Source: Octopus vulgaris (lineage: Eukaryota). From it: a stretch of DNA of 64,000 nt. Numbering within the stretch: position 1 is the first letter of the stretch; the number at the start of each line of letters is the position of its first letter. Of the stretch, positions 16,229 to 30,827 are shown piece after piece. The stretch lies in the NCBI GenBank assembly GCA_951406725.2, contig OX597827.1, forward strand, positions 79,112,001 through 79,176,000, written 5' to 3'. The notes under the pieces were generated by a model. That model ran no database searches. It had not been told where the DNA came from and was given only the letters and a program-made list of their open reading frames with translations. Made by a program: the position numbers and the translations under genes.

Positions 16229-16390
16229 TAAATATATATATATATACATATACACAACAGGCTTCTTTCAGTTTCTTTCTACCAAATCCACTCAGAAGGC
16301 TTTGGTCGGCCCAAGGCTATAGTAGGAGACACTTGCCCAAGGTGCCATGCTGTAGAACCGAACCTGGAACCATGTGGTTTGTAAGCAAGT
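15958..16390 (-). mobile_element. SINE family A, inverted copy tail-to-tail with 15531-15947
   Basis: Reverse complement of the family A sequence, lacking the first ~20 nt. Confidence 0.85.
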
Positions 16391-16421
16391 TAATAATTTA
16401 TTAACAAATTGGTCATCTTTG

Positions 16422-16519
16422 CTTCTTACAGCTGTTTCAATTAATACTCAATAATTTAATTACAAATTTGTAAATTAAATTTGCATTTATGTGACATGAG
16501 CATAATTTCATCAGAGAAA
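16422..16519 (-). ncRNA. Type I hammerhead ribozyme motif, opposite-strand copy
   Basis: TTTCT-CTGATGA-[stem II]-GAAA-CAGCTG-TA-AGAAG. Stem I is UUUCU/AGAAG, stem III contains the palindrome CAGCTG, cleavage triplet GUA. Confidence 0.75.
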
Positions 16520-16603
16520 AGGAAGATGTACCTTTGGATGTTAAGTGTGGACCTATCAATTCATTTCAGCAGACTCATAGAACATCTCAAGACACATCTT
16601 TTT

Positions 16604-16701
16604 CTCCTCTGATGAAATTATGCTCATGTCATATAAATGCAAATTTAAAGTACAAATTTGTAATTAAATTATTGAGTATTAATTGAAACGGTTGTCAGGA
16701 G
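16604..16701 (+). ncRNA. Type I hammerhead ribozyme motif (minimal stem III, extended stem II)
   Basis: CTCCT-CTGATGA-[69-nt stem II closed by AATTA/TAATT]-GAAA-C-GGTT-GTC-AGGAG. Stem I is CTCCT/AGGAG; cleavage triplet GUC at 16694-96. Confidence 0.75.
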
Positions 16702-16932
16702 CAAAGACGAGCAATTTGTTAATAATGAATAATCATTAACTTCCTTATCTCTCTTTCCTTTTCTTCTTTTAATTGGATATAAACTATATACTTGATAAAT
16801 ACCAATTGTTTTAAGGGAATTTCATTCCTCAACAAAACTAAGTATTGAACCAGTATTCCCTTGGATGCAACAATTCCTTCACAAGGTTAACGTATCCTCT
16901 AGGTAAATAAATATGAATATGCATATATCTAG

Positions 16933-17016
<84 letters not shown>

Positions 17017-17646
17017 CTTCACAACTGGTGTTGGTATATTTACATCCCAATAACTTAGCGGTCTGGCAAAAGAGACTGATAGAATAAGTACTAGGCTTAA
17101 AAAATAAGTCCTGGGGTTGATTTGTTTGACTAAAACCCCTCGAGGCAGTGCTCCAGCATGGCTGCAGTCAAATGGCTGAAACAAATAAAGGAATAAAATA
17201 ATGAAAGAAAAGCCGTCCCATTGATCGGATCTCCTGGAACACTCACCATCATAACCGACGGAGCGTCAGGTGTTGCTCTTGGTGTTGTTGTTGTAGCTGC
17301 TGTTGTTGCTATTGCTGTTGGAGGTTTTGTTGCTAATGACTTTTGTTACTGTTCTCTAATTTTGTTGTTGTTGTTATGGTTGCTACAGATGTTGTGAATG
17401 CTTTTTCAGTTGGTCTGTTTGTTTGTCTTTTATGTTGCATCTCATTCCATGTTTTTCTATGTGAGCCCTTGTGGCTAATAAAACAATAAATTATTATTAT
17501 TATTATTCTGTCTGGGGAGAGTCATTTTCTTTTTGTGCCTTATAATTTAACACACTCACCGGTAAAATTTCCACTTTTTTCTTATTTTTATTTTCCTAAA
17601 ATTTTCGTTGCATCTTGCAACCTTTTCAATTATTATTATTATTATT

Positions 17647-18200
17647 GAGTGAGAGAGCAGTGGATGCCATCAAGGTGACACTGGGGTAAAATATTCGAAG
17701 CTCAGTATACCCATCATGACTACCCGTCTGATAAGGGTACACCAGGCACATGCATCACAACCATATGTGCACGACATGGTGATCTCATATCAAGATAAAC
17801 AGCGCATGACCTTGCAGGTGGGGCCCAGTTAGAATTTTCTTCTGGTTGAGTAACCCATCCCGCTCAAAAGGTCCCTGAATAAAGGTTGTTTAAGGATGTT
17901 GAACGAAACACCCATGTTTCCAGAGGTGAATTATTCAAACCCCAAAGAATCCCTCTCAACACATGGCTATGATGCTCCCCCACTACTTCTGCTCGTGATC
18001 AGAGATACACATATTATCAGCCACCATAGGACATGCTCAACTGTTTAAGGTCAAATAACTGACAAGCAAATCTGTGGTATTGAGCAGAATATTTGATGTA
18101 GCCCATCTTTTATACCAAGACAAAATAATGTACATGATAACACTTCCAATCAGTTAAGATCAGAAGCCATGAGAGCCACTGCCTGGTACTGCATCAGGGC

Positions 18201-18201
<1 letters not shown>
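17647..18201 (-). mobile_element. ~555-bp non-coding retroelement embedded in (TAA)n, copy 1 (full length)
   Basis: Near-identical to 18734-19288 and flanked on both sides by (TTA)n. Orientation inferred from the common end retained by the truncated copies. Confidence 0.85.
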
Positions 18202-18258
<57 letters not shown>

Positions 18259-18425
18259 ACTATTATCATTATTGTTGTTTTTGCTTTTATCATCATTATT
18301 ATTATTATTCAGTAGTTTTGTTTTTATAATGTACTTTCACTTCACTGCCAAGCACAGCTCTGTGTGCCTTGGGTATGTACTGTGGTTTGCTGTGATGCTC
18401 TTATGCCTTATTACTATTATTATTA

Positions 18426-18489
<64 letters not shown>

Positions 18490-18495
18490 TATTAC

Positions 18496-18588
<93 letters not shown>

Positions 18589-18646
18589 GATTATTACTAT
18601 TATTACTATTATTACTATTATTATTATCATTATTATTATTATTATA

Positions 18647-18708
<62 letters not shown>

Positions 18709-18733
18709 TATTACTATTATTATTATTATCATT

Positions 18734-19288
18734 GAGTGAGAGAGCAGTTCATGCCATCAAAGTGACACTGGGGTAAAATATACGAAGCCCAATATACCCA
18801 TCATGACTACCCGTCTGATAAGGGCACACCAGGCACATGCATCACAACCATATGTGCGCGGCATGGTGATCTCATATCAAGATAAACTGCACATGACCTT
18901 GCAGGTGGGGCCCAGTCAGAATTTTCTTCAGGTTGAGTAGCCCATCCCGCTCAAAAGGTCCCTGAATAAGGGTTGTTTAAGGATGTTGAAAAACCCACCC
19001 ATGTCTCCAGAGGTGAATTATTCAAACCCCAAAGAATCCCTCTCAACACATGGCTATGATGCTCCCCCACTACTTCTGCTCGTGATCAGAGATGCACATA
19101 TCGTCAGCCACCATAGGACATGCTCAACTGGTTAAGGTCAAACAACTGACAAGCAAATCTGTGGTATTGAGCAGAATATTTGCTGTAGCCCATCTTTTAT
19201 ACCAAGACAGAACAATGTACATGATAACACTTCCAATCAGTTAAGATCAGAAGCCATGAGAGCCTCTGCCTGGTACTGCATCAGGGCA
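18734..19288 (-). mobile_element. (TAA)n-embedded retroelement, copy 2 (full length)
   Basis: gagtgagagagcag...gcatcagggc, same sequence as copy 1, within (TTA)n. Confidence 0.85.
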
Positions 19289-19344
<56 letters not shown>

Positions 19345-20713
19345 TACTACTACTACTAAGGTGGTGAGCTGGCAGAATTGTTAACATGCTGGATGAAATG
19401 CTTAGCTATGTTCTGAGTTCAAATTCTACCAAGGTCGACTTTGCCTTTCATCCTTTCAGGGTCAATAAATTAAGTACCAGTTACACACTGGGGCTGATGT
19501 AATTGACTAGTCCCTCTCCCCAACAATTTCGGACCTTGTGTCTAGAGTACGAAGGATTATTATTATTATTATTATTATTGTTGTTGTTGTTATAGTTACT
19601 AATATTCTTCTTGTTGCTGTTTGCCTTGTTGCTACGGTTGCTAATGATTTCTGTTCTGTTGTTGTTGTTGTTGCTGTTGCTACAGCTGTTGTTAATGTGT
19701 TTCCTTTTTTGCTGCTGATGTTGTTGTTGTTGTTGTTCTCCCTCCCCAAACCAAGTAATCAATGCAAATCTGATGGAGTGTGGAGCAGTATTATGTAGTC
19801 TGTGAGCGGAGGTGGTAGTGGTGGTGGGGGGGAGATAACAGAGCTGTCTCAGCCCCTGCCCCAAACCCCAGCCCCACCCCACGAGGCACAGGGGATGGAA
19901 GTGTCAGAGGAGGAGGACGGGCGGTGGGTGGGGGACGTCATTGATTGATCGTTATCGTTTTTTAAAAGAACATTTGTCTGGGGTTAGCTAAAGGATCCCT
20001 TCTTCCTGATCTCCCACTTCAAAGTGGAAGGGATCGGAGGTGGTCGGGGAGGGGGTAGCTGGTGGTGATGTGTGTGGGGTAGTTACAGTGGGTGGAGTGG
20101 TTACGATGGTGTGGAGGGGTAAGTAGTGGGTGTGACAGTGGTGGTGTGAGGGTAGTGGCAGTGGTGGTGGTGGTGGTGGTGGTAGTGCAGTAGAAGCAGT
20201 AGTGGGGTAGGGTAAGTAATGAGGGTAGTTTTGGTGATAGTGGTGGGGTGGAGAAGGTTGTATTGCTAGTGGTGTGTGGGTGGTGGTGGTATTCATGGTG
20301 GTTATAGTGGTAGTATAAGTGATGCTGTGGGGCGGGGAGTCTTGTGCTGGGAGGGGCAGTAAAATAGAGTAAGGTGCTGTTGTTGTGTTGATCAAAGGTA
20401 TTCCAAACATGACCATCCTGTCTTTCAGGAATGATGTAGTCATATGTTACATTATCCGATGAGAGAGATTCGGCTGTTATTTCTAGCATGGCAAACAAGC
20501 ACATTGAGTGAAAAACATATTGGGTGGGGAAAATGTAGACAGGGTGTGGAATGGGTATTGGTGGAGGCAATGGTTGTGTAATGGTATGGGTGCTGGTGCT
20601 GGTGGCAGCTGTAGTTGAGTGAGGGTGGGGCTAGCAGTTGTGGTGGGTTGCTTGGGGATGCTTGGTGGAGTGGACATAGTATTGGAAGGGACGGATGCCA
20701 GTTTTGGAGGCAC

Positions 20714-22275
<1,562 letters not shown>

Positions 22276-24066
22276 CTCTTCTGCTGAGGTCGATTTTGTC
22301 TTTCATCCTTTCGGGGTCAATGAAATAAGTACCAGTCAAGTACTGGGGTCCATGTAATCGAATAGCTCCTTCCCCCAAAGTTTCAGGCCTTGTGCTTATA
22401 GCAGAAAGGACCACCACCACCACCACCACCACTATTTTTGTTGTTGGTAGTAGTAGTAGTAGTATATTTCACAGTCAGTTACATTCTCCTCTCTTCCATT
22501 TCATTTTCCTCTCCTCTTCCATCTTTATTTCTTTTTTCTCTCCATTCCCCCTCTCCCTCCTGCTCTCCTTACTCTCCCCCTCTCTCCATCCCTCCCCCTC
22601 TCTTTCTTCTATAGGAAATATTCCTTAATTTTTCCTAACCTGCCGCCGCCACCCTTTGAACCCACCTCTTCTTTTTACCCCACAACATTAAAGTAACATT
22701 AAAACTGGTAATCCCTCATTAGACGTGTTGTTGTTGTTGTTGTTGTTGGAGGTGGTGGTGGTGGTGGTGGTGGTGGGGATATGAGACATTCCCCCCTTCA
22801 CCCTCCACCCACCCACCCACCCATCCAAACAAATCCATGTAAAAAAAAATAGTTTATGAAAAATAAACAAATTAATTAAAAACAAAATCGAATTCCTTAA
22901 ATTGCTTTTAAACAAAAATATTTTTATTGGCACTGTTGTTGTTGTTTAACCCTAGGCTTGAGGAAAACCTATAATCGATGGCATTCCAGCCATGACCATC
23001 CAGTTGTATGTAAAACTACATTATCCAGTGTGTTTTTTTTACCTTTCCTCAATATGATTTAAGGGAGGTTTGGCCGCTATTTTTAACAGATTCTGTGACC
23101 AGGTTGCAGCTCCTCAGTAATCAATAAATGTGTTAATTAGATATTGTTTTTGTGATGGTGGTTGTTTTGCCCCTGGCCAGTCTTGATCCAGCAGATCTAT
23201 GATCAAAGATGTTCTGACTTTGGTCTAACCAAGGGCGCTCCAACCATGACCAATCTGTCTTTTTAGAGCCATTATACAAAATGTTCCTTCCTTATTTCAG
23301 ACAACAAGGAAATTTGACTGTTGTTTCTAGCATGATCATCATCCATGTAGAGGCTCCCTTGGTAGGTTTGTTATTATCAGTGGTCATTTCAAACACCTCC
23401 ACCCTCTCCCACCACACGGTCAGTAAATTGGAGTGGCCAATAAGCAGTGGGGGTCACAGGCGCCATCAGTGTGGGGAGGGACAAGGCATTTAACTCCCAG
23501 TGTCAAAGTTCATCTTGAAAGCTGACTGAGGTATGATCAAAGGTAATCCAATGATGACCATCATCCCTTATTTTTCTGGCTAAGTGTACATTGGACTTCA
23601 TTATTTAGCATATCCTTCTTTTTCTAATATGGTAGCTTTTGATTTGAGGGAGATTTTGGCTGTTATTTCTTCCAGGCAGAACAAACATGAAGGGGCTTCC
23701 TTGATCCCAACGATATTTAGTGGTGTGGAGTTCTTGATTAACTCCAGGTTGCCCCTGGCTGAGAGATCCCATAACCTGTAGACAGCTGCTGGTCACAAAC
23801 AACTAATTGTGATCCCCAAAACAATTAGTGGCAGTAGTGGTGGTGTGGTAGTGGTGGTGGTGGTGTGGTGGTGGTAGTGGTGTGTGGTGGTGCTGATGGT
23901 GACGGCAGTGGTGGCTGTGATGATGGCTATGACTGTAGTGATGATGCTAGTTTTGGCAGTGGTGCTGGTTATCAAACCTGGGTTCTCATTCCTAAGGTAT
24001 TTTTTGATGTTGTTGTTGTTATTATTTTTATTATTATTATTATTACTATTATTAATATTATTATTA

Positions 24067-24134
<68 letters not shown>

Positions 24135-24719
24135 GAGTGAGAGAGCAGTTCATGCCTTATTATTATTATTATTATTAATATTCTTCTTCTTATTATTATT
24201 ATCAATATTATTATTGAGGGAGGGAGCAGTGCATGCCATCAAAGTGACACTGGGGTAAAATATACGAAGCCCAGTATACCCATCATGACTACACGTCTGA
24301 TAAGGATACACTGGGCACATGCATCACAACCATAGGTGAGCAACATAATGATCTCATATCAAGATAAACTGCACATGACCTTGCAGGTGGAACCCAGTTA
24401 GAATTTTCTTCTCGTCGAGTAACCCTTCCTACTCAAAAGGTCCCTGAATAAGGGTTGTTTAAGGATGATGGAAGAAACACCCATGTTTCCAGAGGTGAAT
24501 TATTCAAACCCCAAAGAATTCCTCTCAACACATGGCTATGATGCTCCCCCACTACTTCTGCTCGTGATCAGAGATGCACAGATCATCAGCCACTAAGAGA
24601 CATGGTCAACTGGTTAAGGTCAAACAACTGACAAGCAAATCTGTGGCATTGAGCAGAATATTTGCTGTAGCCCATCTTTTATACCAAGACAAAACAATAT
24701 ACATGATAACACTTCCAAT
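24135..24719 (-). mobile_element. (TAA)n-embedded retroelement, copies 4 (24135-24156 stub) and 5 (24216-24719)
   Basis: Same sequence and orientation, both within (TTA)n. Confidence 0.8.
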
Positions 24720-26497
24720 TATTAATATTCTTATTCTTCTTATTATTATTATTATAATTATTATTATTATTATTATTATAATTATTATTATTATTATTAT
24801 TATTATTATAATTATTATTATTATTATTATTATAATTATTATTATTATTATTATCATTATTATTATTATTCAGGTCACTGCCTGGAATTGAACTCAGAAT
24901 CTTGGGGTTAGTAGCCCATGCTCTTAACCACTACGCAGTTAAGACAGAAGGACTTGGTCAGAGTGCAACAGCTGTTGCTGTTGTTGATGTTCTGCACTAA
25001 TCATTAATGAAGTCTAAACCTCAACAATGTTCGTCCATCTTTTTCCATTTCTGATTTTGAATTTCTAAAATTCGTTTATTCTTTTGTTTTTTGTTTGTTT
25101 CCATTTGTCTTCCGCCTCCCTTAGTTATTTCTTCCCTCATCTCACTCATTGCCCCTTCCTTTATCTATCTCCCCTTCTTTTCAACATCTCTTCTTTCTCT
25201 TACTTTAGACTTTTTCTTCTTCCCCTGAAAAAAAATCTTCTAAAAATTTTCAAGGTCTTTCTCAGCCCCTAATAAACATTCCTTAGGATACCCACCTCAC
25301 CTATTTCTTCACTGCTTTGATTATCAACAATACTAAACACAAATATACTAGGCTCTGACATGGGTAATACCAGGAGGAGAGAAAGGAGATTATTCAAGAG
25401 ATTAGTCGACAAAACCTCCATCTGGGAGTGTTTAAAAATCTAAGAGTAACAAACAGGAGATAATTTCCATAAAATCAATTCATTGAAATTTTCTGCAACA
25501 TAGACAACACTTACTGGAGTGGGCCTGGTTTGAAAATCCAGGTGGTGAAAATCCAGGTGGTGAACAGACACATTTCAGTCTTATTAAACCTTTTCAGCAA
25601 AGTATATTCTCCCCCAGTTGGTAAGACCCATGTACTGAGCACATCCATTCGTTGCCAGAACCGCCTGACTGGCCCTCATGCCGGTGGTATGTAAAAGCAC
25701 CTACTACTCTCTCAGAGTGGTTGGCATTAGGAAGGGCGTCCAGCTGTAGAAATTTTGCTAGATCAGATTGGAGTCTGGTGCAGCCTTCTGGCTTGACAGC
25801 CCTTAGTCAAACCGTCCAACCCATGGCAGCATGGAAAGTGGACGTTAAATGATGATGATGAAACTCCAATGGCAGCAGACATATAACTTCAACTTGTCTT
25901 TTTCATAAATCTCTATATTATCTGAGAGATGGTGGCTTTCAGCCATTGGAGTCTGACAAGTTGTCGATGGGGCAAAGCCCTTTATGGATGTGAAACTTTT
26001 GGTCATTCTATGACCGGCCATTTAATTAACTCCCCCAAAATATACATATATACACAGTCTCAGTCCTTTATACCAACTCTCACTAATATACACCCCCTTG
26101 TACCCTGATAGTCCACCTGGACACTTCATCCCCCATTATCATTTTCTCCTTTCCCATCTGGGGGGTCACATTTACAGCAACATACCTGGCCCTATTCCTC
26201 TTTCCTACGTTTGCCACCAATCATCTGACAGGAAACCATCCTCCGCAATGCTCGCTTGAGGAGGGTCTGGGTTTGGGAGTTATTTGGTGACCTCACCAGT
26301 GGTGTGTCATGAAAAAGCACCCAGTGCACACTCTGTAATGTAGTTGGCTTTAGGAAAAGTATCCAGCAGCAGAAACCAAAGCAAACATTGGAGGTCAATG
26401 CAGGCCTCAGCATCATCAGATTCCTGTCAAACTATCAACCCATGGCAGCATGGAAGATGGAGATGGATGTTAAATGGTAATTATGATGATGAGGATA

Positions 26498-26536
<39 letters not shown>

Positions 26537-26539
26537 ATT

Positions 26540-26890
26540 TCTTTTCTTTTCTCCCCCTTCGGTCACGACACAGACCATGGGATTGCACCTAGAAAGTTAC
26601 CCTCCCAGGTACAAGTCCAGGCAAGGTTGTTTTATGGAAGACCAGCAGTCGGCCATGCATACCGGCGTCCTCTCTCCATGGCACCAGTGTTATCCAAGGA
26701 AAAAGCAAAGGGGCCGATACAGCTTGGCACCTGTGATGTCGCAGCTCATTTCTACATCTGAGTGAACTGGAGCAACGTGAAATAAAGTATCTTGCTCAAG
26801 AACACAACATGCAGCCCGGTCCGGGATTCGAACTCACAACCTCACGATTGTAAGCTCGACGCTCTAACCACTTAGCCATGCGCCTTCACA
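26540..26890 (-). mobile_element. tRNA-derived SINE family C
   Basis: A box TGGCTAAGTGG, B box GTTCGAATCC, then a cttgagcaagatactttatttcac domain. Related copies at 15047-15310(+), 31230-31460(-) and 10590-10750(-). Confidence 0.75.
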
Positions 26891-26959
26891 TCTATCTATC
26901 TCTCTATATATATATGACGTTAAACGATGATGATGATGATGATGATGATGATATATATC

Positions 26960-26991
<32 letters not shown>

Positions 26992-27229
26992 TATACACAC
27001 ACACACATAAATATGTATGTATGTGTGTGTGTATGGTGGGAGATGTAGTGATCCTAATTAAGGATATAACGGCAGCAACAACAGAATATTGTTTGTTTTC
27101 CCAGATTTAGTAAATGATGTGACCACTGGTGGGTGACCTACAGCCGAATGGTATAGACATAGTGGTGGTGGTTGGAAGGGAGAGGGATAGTTAGAGGAAA
27201 TGGAGAGGGGGGAAATGACTGGAGAAAGA

Positions 27230-28070
27230 GAAAGGGAGGAGGTGGCGGTGGTGGTGGTAGTGGTGGAGGAGGAGGAGGAGGAGAAGAAGAAGAAGAAGAA
27301 GAAGAAGAAGAAGAAGAAGAAGAAGAAGAAGAAGAAGAAGAAGAAGAAGAAGGTGATGATGTTTGATGTAGGTGTTATATACTTCACACATCCAGAACAT
27401 TCCATAGAAACCATTCAATAAATATATAACAAGAATATTTCACTAATCAATGCAATTCCACCATTTTTTATTTAGTTGATCTCTTCTCCCCCCCCCTCTT
27501 TCTCTCTTCTCCTCCCTCTCGGCTCCCCTCCCTCTCCTTCTCTCTATCTCTCTTCCCTTTACCCCCCTCTCTTTCTCCTCCCCCCTTCTCTATCCTTACC
27601 ACTTCTCACTCTCTTTGTTCCTCTCCCCACATCTCCCTCCTCCCCTCTCTCTTTTCCCCTTGCTTCCTCTTCTCCTCAATTTTCTTTGCTCCCTTCTCAT
27701 CATTCATTTCTCTTTCTTTATCTCTCTCCTTCTCCTCTCTCTCCCTCTCTCTCTCTCCTTTCCCCCTCTCTCTCACTCTCCATTCTTTCTCATATTCCTA
27801 TCATCCCCCCCACACCACCTCACACTCCATGATTCTTTGTTCTCCTTCTTCCCCTCATTACTCTCTCTCTCTCTCTCTCTTTCCATGTATTTCTCTCCCT
27901 CTTTTTTCTCCCTCAATAACATCTACCTCCCCCACCACTGCCTCACTCTCACTACATCCCTTTCTGTCTTAGTATCTTTTTCTCCCTCCCCCTCCCACTC
28001 AGTATATTTCCTCTCTCTTTCTTTCCAGCTTAGTCCTGCTCCCCCCCATTCTCCTCCCCCCCCTCTAACT
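27230..28070. repeat. (GGT/GGA/GAA)n tract followed by a ~600-bp polypyrimidine tract
   Basis: (GAA)n at 27283-27351; C/T-dominated stretch at 27480-28070. Confidence 0.9.
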
Positions 28071-28696
28071 CCGACCAGCAACAATTATTTAGTTTCATCT
28101 CTGCAAAGTGATTGTTGGAAGCTGAAGGTGAGGGTGGTGGGACGTTGGGAAACAGGTGGGGGGGGACACAGAGCCAGACAGACAGGCAAGCAACCCCCCC
28201 CCCACCTTCCGATAGACAGGCAAATAAACATGCAAGGGTAGAAGGGAACATATTTAGCCAGGCAACTAAACAGACAGATCACCGTAACCGTTGCCACCAC
28301 CGGCACCACCTCCACCATGATAATCGCCTCTGTAGGAACTGGAGGAATTCTGATGTTGTTGTTGTTGTTTTGCTCTTGGCCAAACAAATCTATGAGCAAA
28401 TATATCCAGCCATGACCTATGTGCAGAGAATCCAGATCCACAGTATCTAATTTCTCATTTCTTAAGACAATGGAGGTATAATTTGAGGAAGATTTGGTTG
28501 CTATTTCTAGTTTGGTGGGGTAACCACATGGAGGCCCTGTTGTTGGTTCATTTGGATGGAGGTGGAATTGCTTGGGTAATGGATTAGCAAAACTGGTGGA
28601 GTGTCAGACTGAAACAATTTCACAAAAATTACATCTCTGTAGGTTCTGAGTTCAAATCTCACCAAGACTGACTTTTCATTTCTTCTTTCTGGAGTT

Positions 28697-29060
28697 ATCA
28701 TCATCATCATCATCATTTAACATCCATTGTCCATGCTAACATGGGTTGGATGGTTTGACTGGACTGGCATGCTGGAAGGCTGTGCCAGGCTCCAGTCTGA
28801 TTTGGCATGGTTTCTATGGCTGGATGCCCTTCCTAATGCCAACCACTCCAAGAGTGTAATGGGTGATTTTATGTGCCACTGGCACAGGTGCCATTTGTGT
28901 GACACCGGTATCTGTCATGACTGTGATTTTGCTTGGCTTGATGGGTTTTCTTCTCAAACAAGATATAATGCCAAAGGTCTTGGTCATTGCCTCAGTAAGG
29001 CCCAGCACTCGAAAGGAACTCAGCCACTTTACCTCCATGGGGCCCAATGCTCGAAAGTTA
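28697..29060 (-). mobile_element. RTE 3' end, same family
   Basis: Reverse complement of the same UTR and (GAT)n tail, plus an RVLGLTEAMT remnant. Further UTR copies at ~10165-10565, 11560-11750, 25660-25860, 26280-26490, 30200-30400, 35860-36050 and 54350-54570. Confidence 0.7.
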
Positions 29061-30827
29061 ATAAAATAAATACTAGTCAAGTATTGGGGTCAATATAGCT
29101 GATGTCCTACCTCTCCCTAAAGTATGCAACCCTGTGCCTATAACAGGAATCAAGAAATCCTTACCCTGGACTACCACACAAAATGTATTGTTACAGTGAT
29201 GATGATGATGATGATGATGACAGTGTGTAATGTCCATTTATGGCCAAAGTGTTAAATAATTTGGCACCAGACATTTTGGGGCAGTTTTACCATTGGAATG
29301 AAAAAACAAACGAACAAACAAGGGACATTTTAGTGTATTACAAAGCCTGAAAGTAGTCCAGATTTATGGTAGAGCTTTATGGTCCCTTGCCAAGAAAATC
29401 TTCATCAACTTGGTAGGCTTCTCCCAACACCACTGTCAGTCACATAAATGGCAAATGCTTGAATATTTTTAAGCTTTTATTATCTCAGCCAAATTTAATG
29501 ATGAATCGCATTGTTTAAACATCTGCAAGAAATAGGAAGAAAAAAAAGGAAAATGTTTCTGTTCTTGAAGTGTCTTGTAATTTCCAAGAATTGAAAGGTC
29601 TTGTTTATGGCTGGTAGATATTTAATAATGAATTGTAGCGCCATCTTTGGTAACATTTTCAAGGTCTTCTCACACATTAGGCCTGCCTGCCTGCCTGCCC
29701 CCAACCCTGGCTCCTGCAGGCTCCCCAACCATGACATCCTGCTCCTTTGTCCTCCCATTCAGCCAATTCTATCATCTTTACTCCTCCTGCTGCTTGCACC
29801 CCTCCCATCCCAGTCTCTTCTGCATTCCTCTTTCTCCCCCAGCTAAAGGCTCCTAGCTCATCCACCTTTCAACCCTAAACATTTGGCACTCTGCCTTTCC
29901 CATCCCCTCATTCTCCTTCCAATACAATCTTGCATAATGATTCTTCAAATCCCCTTGTGCCTTGTGGGGCCACCTAAGCCCCTCATTGCCATAATCTTTC
30001 TCCTGCAGCTCCTACTCTTTAGTTTTTCTTTCTCTCCCCTTCCCTTACTAGATGTGAATAGCAATGCAGATCCTCTTCAAGACCATGCACAGCCATTCCC
30101 CACCACTTCTCGTAGTTCAATCCCCGAGTATGAAACTGACTCATCTTCAGGGTTTGTAGTTCAGTGAGCTGCAAGGCAACTTCAATACTGTATGGGGCAC
30201 GATAAAAGCTCCCAGTCTGTACTGTAAAGTGGTTGGCATTTGGAAGGGCCTCTAGCTATAGAACCCATGCCAGAGCAGACACTAGAGTACTATGCAGTTC
30301 ATAGACCCACTGGCTCCTGTAAAACTGTCCAACCCATGCCAGCATGGAACATAGACTCTAACTGATGATGATAATGACGACAACAACGATGATGATGATT
30401 GCCATAAAATATCTTGATGATCTCTGCAAGAACATAAATCCATGCAACATGTTCATGTGTAGACTATATTTTATCACAACATCTACACTATAATAAAGAA
30501 AGCTGCTTATTAATTAGTTTGGATTATGCAATTTTTACTCACAGAAAACAATTATTCACAGCTTCACTGTTTAGAAAATTGTTATAAATTCCAATTTTAA
30601 TATATTTTTTTTTATCAAAATATGGTTTTCAAAATTCTTTTATTACTGAAGTCTTTAACTATATGATTCAATCATGAAACTAATTTATATACACTGTGAC
30701 ATGGTCATCTTACTCTATGAGATAGCATTTTTAATATCTTTGTTTATTCTACTGGAAATAAAAAGGTTGTCCAGAGAACTTTTATGTGGCTAAGTTAAAT
30801 CAACTGCAGCCATGCTGGAGCACTGTC

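Larger units (their letters stand above)
16399..16935. mobile_element. Probable Penelope-like element terminal-repeat remnant with an inverted partial copy
   Basis: ~140-bp inverted arms (16399-16542 and 16581-16724), each with a minimal hammerhead, followed by AT-rich sequence ending in (TA)n. Inverted pLTRs with minimal hammerheads are characteristic of Penelope-like elements. Confidence 0.55.

Noticed and set aside
29650-30170. Possible decayed Penelope ORF fragment (LCLSHPLILLPIQ)
   Set aside because: The similarity is too weak to call without a search.
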